The notes under the pieces are model-generated. The model was given only the letters and a program-made list of their open reading frames with translations. It made no database searches and had not been told where the DNA came from. A program made the translations under genes and the position numbers. Positions 61,091 to 64,000 of a stretch of 64,000 bases of DNA are shown here, piece by piece (the first letter of the stretch is position 1; each line of letters begins with the position of its first letter). The DNA is from Torpedo marmorata (Eukaryota): assembly GCA_977017645.1 (NCBI GenBank), contig OZ360228.1, positions 8,804,001-8,868,000 of the forward strand. The letters are read 5' to 3'.

Positions 61091-61560
61091 ATTTCGGTGT
61101 CGGTGTTGCGCAATTGCTCAGCAAAAGGAGGTGTAAGGCACTCCTTCTGTCCGATAGCCTACAGGTCACCCTTGGGCAAGGTGTAGTACCTGTTTAGCCA
61201 CCCAATGAGGGTCACGTGAAGCCATGGATTGCAGATGGTGGATGGTTTTTACAAGCAGATTCTACAAATTGGAATTTATGGTTGTAAAACTAAAAACACT
61301 GGGCAGATGAATCTGCTGATCAATGGCCAGGGTTACCCGTCCAGTATGGACACTGCAACTGAAGAAGGCAACGGGAAACCACTTCAGTATTCTTCCCTTG
61401 TATAATCATGAACTCAACATCGACTATGGTCTCAGCTCAAAGATGGAGCCTTCACCGAAGGAGAGCAGGGGAGGCAACAACTACAATTCGGAGGGTCAGA
61501 GATCGTGACGGATGGAGAGACACGATCGCCCACGCCGAATGGCAAGGCACCTGAATGAAT
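61091..61560 (+). mobile_element. Probable RTE-related non-autonomous element
   Basis: gaagaaggcaacgggaaaccacttcagtattctt resembles the recalled RTE/BovB-associated end motif; ends acctgaatgaatga; inserted in a run of older repeats. Confidence 0.45.
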
Positions 61561-62472
61561 GACAGTATATGTAGGTTGACAAAACATTGTGGGCCGAAGG
61601 GCCTGAACGGCGCTGTAATGTTCTATGTTCTATCTCCCCTAAATTTTATTCCACTCACCTTCAATAGATGTTCTATGGCATTTGCTATTGTCATCCTGGG
61701 AAAAGGTGCTGGCTGTCCACCCTATCTAAGTCCCTCATATCTTATACACCTCTATTAAGTTACCTCTCATCCTTCGTCACTTTGCTAAAGTTGTGTGCTA
61801 CAATGTCTTTGAGCACCCAAATTGAGCAAAACGGCAAAGGATTGTTGGACGAAAGAAAATATTATAAACAGCGCGGAAGTCTCAAAGGTGAGAAAATGTA
61901 GCATTTGGGGAAAATACTACTGGGTTAACGTTGCTGTTTTCATATTTTCTTGTGAGACAGAAAGGCCTTTTGGCCCCTTTGAGTCTGTGCCAGTTCTCAG
62001 TGCTATCTCATACCCCCACGTTTCCCTGGAACCTATTCTCCCTCACATTACATCAGCCTGCCCCTGATCCTCCTGCCACTCACCTACACACTGGGGTCAA
62101 TTTGCAGCAACCAATGAACTTACCAACCCGCATGTATCTGGTGTGTGACAGAAACTGGAGCAGCCACGTGGGGGGGGATTCGGATTTGAATGGCGAAGCA
62201 GACTCGATGGGCCGAGTGACCTAACTCTGCTCGCAAGTCTCAAGGTCCCATGTAGTTATGTGGAAAAGGTACGAGTTCCACTTCGGCAGCACCAGAGGTC
62301 AAGGTCAAACCAAATCCATGAAGCTGGGAGGCAGCAGCACTACCTGCTGCAGCAAAGTGCTGCCTGGGATGATAACAATGGGAACCTTTTTGGTCCCGTT
62401 AGCTTGCACATGCTGATAATCTTACAGAGCGCCTTTTGTCCTCTGATTTATTTGTTTCTTTTCCTCTCACAG

Positions 62473-62511
62473 AGCCGACGAAACAGATCCTGTCATCTTT
62501 GGTGCAGAGTG
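62473..62511 (+). CDS. PLEKHG3: PLEKHG3 small exon (EPTKQILSSLVQS)
   Basis: ttttcctctcacag|AG CCG ACG AAA ... AGT G|gtaagt; 39 nt, phase 1-1; completes GRRQSEPTK. Confidence 0.88.
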
Positions 62512-64000
62512 GTAAGTTACAGCATTCAATGCAAGGTAAATTCCTCTTCCACCCCTCACAAAGGTGCTGCTTCTCCTGATAGATTAAACCTTGTGACATC
62601 CCTTAGCACCATTCTTCACCTGTGAGTTTCCCACCTCCCATTCCTAAACTCCGCACCAGCTGGTGAGTGATATTAAAGGGGACAGGGTTGACGGCCAAAT
62701 CTCTAATCTTACCCTTACAAGCACTGGACGGTTCAGCTCGTGAGCCCATTGTTGAAGTTGTGCCTAACTCCTGACCTGATTTTTGTCACTCACCAAACAA
62801 AACCTCAATGTTGACATTTTCCATTAATCCTCCACCTCAATGGATTGCTTGGCACTGTCGAATTGCTTGGCTCTAATTTTAACATTTTACCCTGTCCCAT
62901 TTTTATCTAAGCCTTTGATCATCCCAACACCCAATAATCTTCTGTAGTCAAAGAAGAATAACCCCATTCTTTGAAATTTGCCTTCATAGTTTTGCCCTTT
63001 TAGCCTTGGTTATTTTTGGTGTATCTGAGCTGCTTTCCCCTGCTAATACCTTACCCCCTCCAACCATCTGACCCTCCAAGATCAGATGAACATCAGGTGG
63101 AGTCCTGAAACACAAAATGCTGAGTTAGTCACCAGGTCAGGCAACATCTGTGTTGGGAAACAGAGTTGATGGTTGCGGTTGATGACCAGACCGCGGAAGC
63201 AACTGTCTGTCAAATTGGGTTCAACTTGTTCCTTTTCCAGTTTATCACACCTGTCATATGTCAGAAGGTGCTTTGAGCTGAAGAGTATTCATTGACATGA
63301 TACACAGAGTTCAGCAGCCAATCTGAGAACAGCATGATGCCCACATAATCGTATATTAAGGATGCTGTCTGATGGGTTAACATTGGTGGGGCACTAAGGA
63401 GAACTGCCATAGCCTTCAAATATGATGATACTGGATCTCATAGGGTTTGACGAGGGTTTATCTAAAAGTCTAACGGGCCAGCCAAGGTGTGGCATCTCCA
63501 ACAGTGCAGCATCTCCAACAGTGCAGCAGTCCCGCAGTGTTGCACTGGTGAGGCAGTTTAGATAATGCGCTCAGCTCCCTGCAGAGAAGTTTGAACCCAA
63601 AATCTAGTGGTGTACACTAAACCACAGCCATTCTTTTAATTGCCTCCACTCCTGTTTTTTTTACCCTTGTCCTTTGATTCTGCATTTTCTGTTTGAACTT
63701 TGAGGATAATGGCCTAGTGGTCCGCAGTAGAAAGTCTGTTAACTGGGATACTCCTGGTCTGTACTGCCTAATTGTACTTAGGGTAGTTACGTTGGATGTC
63801 AGTCTCACTCAGTACTTGGCGCAGTTGCCTCAGAGTCAGAAAGTTGGATTCAAGTCTCCCTCCAAAGACACGAGCACAGAATCCACAGCAACACTCCAAT
63901 CTGTGTCGTGCTGCACTGCGAGAGGTGCCTTCTCCAGTGTGAGGCACTACACCGATGTCCTGCCCACCTGAAAGGTAAACATCAAAACAACCATGACCTT

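Noticed and set aside
14027-62511. Assignment to PLEKHG1 or PLEKHG2
   Set aside because: Residues such as [45 protein letters not shown] and GRRQSEPTK fit recalled PLEKHG3 better. A phylogeny would confirm.

Overview
This is eukaryotic vertebrate genomic DNA, not a prokaryotic island. The repeat content (V-SINE/HE1-like, DeuSINE/SacSINE-like, CR1, Rex1/Babar, Penelope) points to a cartilaginous fish, probably a ray. The window is almost entirely the interior of one + strand gene, PLEKHG3, a DH-PH RhoGEF. Twelve coding exons were reconstructed by hand (14027-62511). All have AG/GT boundaries and matching phases, and together they encode the N-terminal Ser-rich region, the full DH and PH domains and the start of the tail. 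The true first exon and the 3' exons are not securely in the window. Introns are dense with transposons: a young, nearly complete Ty3/Gypsy element (21279-25794; 244-bp LTRs, 3 mismatches), several Rex1/Babar LINEs, a Penelope GIY-YIG fragment, many hammerhead-bearing Penelope-derived repeats, a solo LTR with a 5-bp TSD, a Tigger-like MITE, SINEs, a 47-bp G-rich minisatellite and a gapped CT-rich tract. The most notable observation is that the Gypsy element has no tRNA primer-binding site. Instead, the 14 nt just after the 5' LTR are perfectly complementary to a sequence inside its own LTR, which is the architecture of Tf1-style self-primed reverse transcription, here in an element without a chromodomain. 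Most ORFs in the supplied track are spurious or transposon fragments. Family names and protein similarities come from recalled knowledge, not from database searches.
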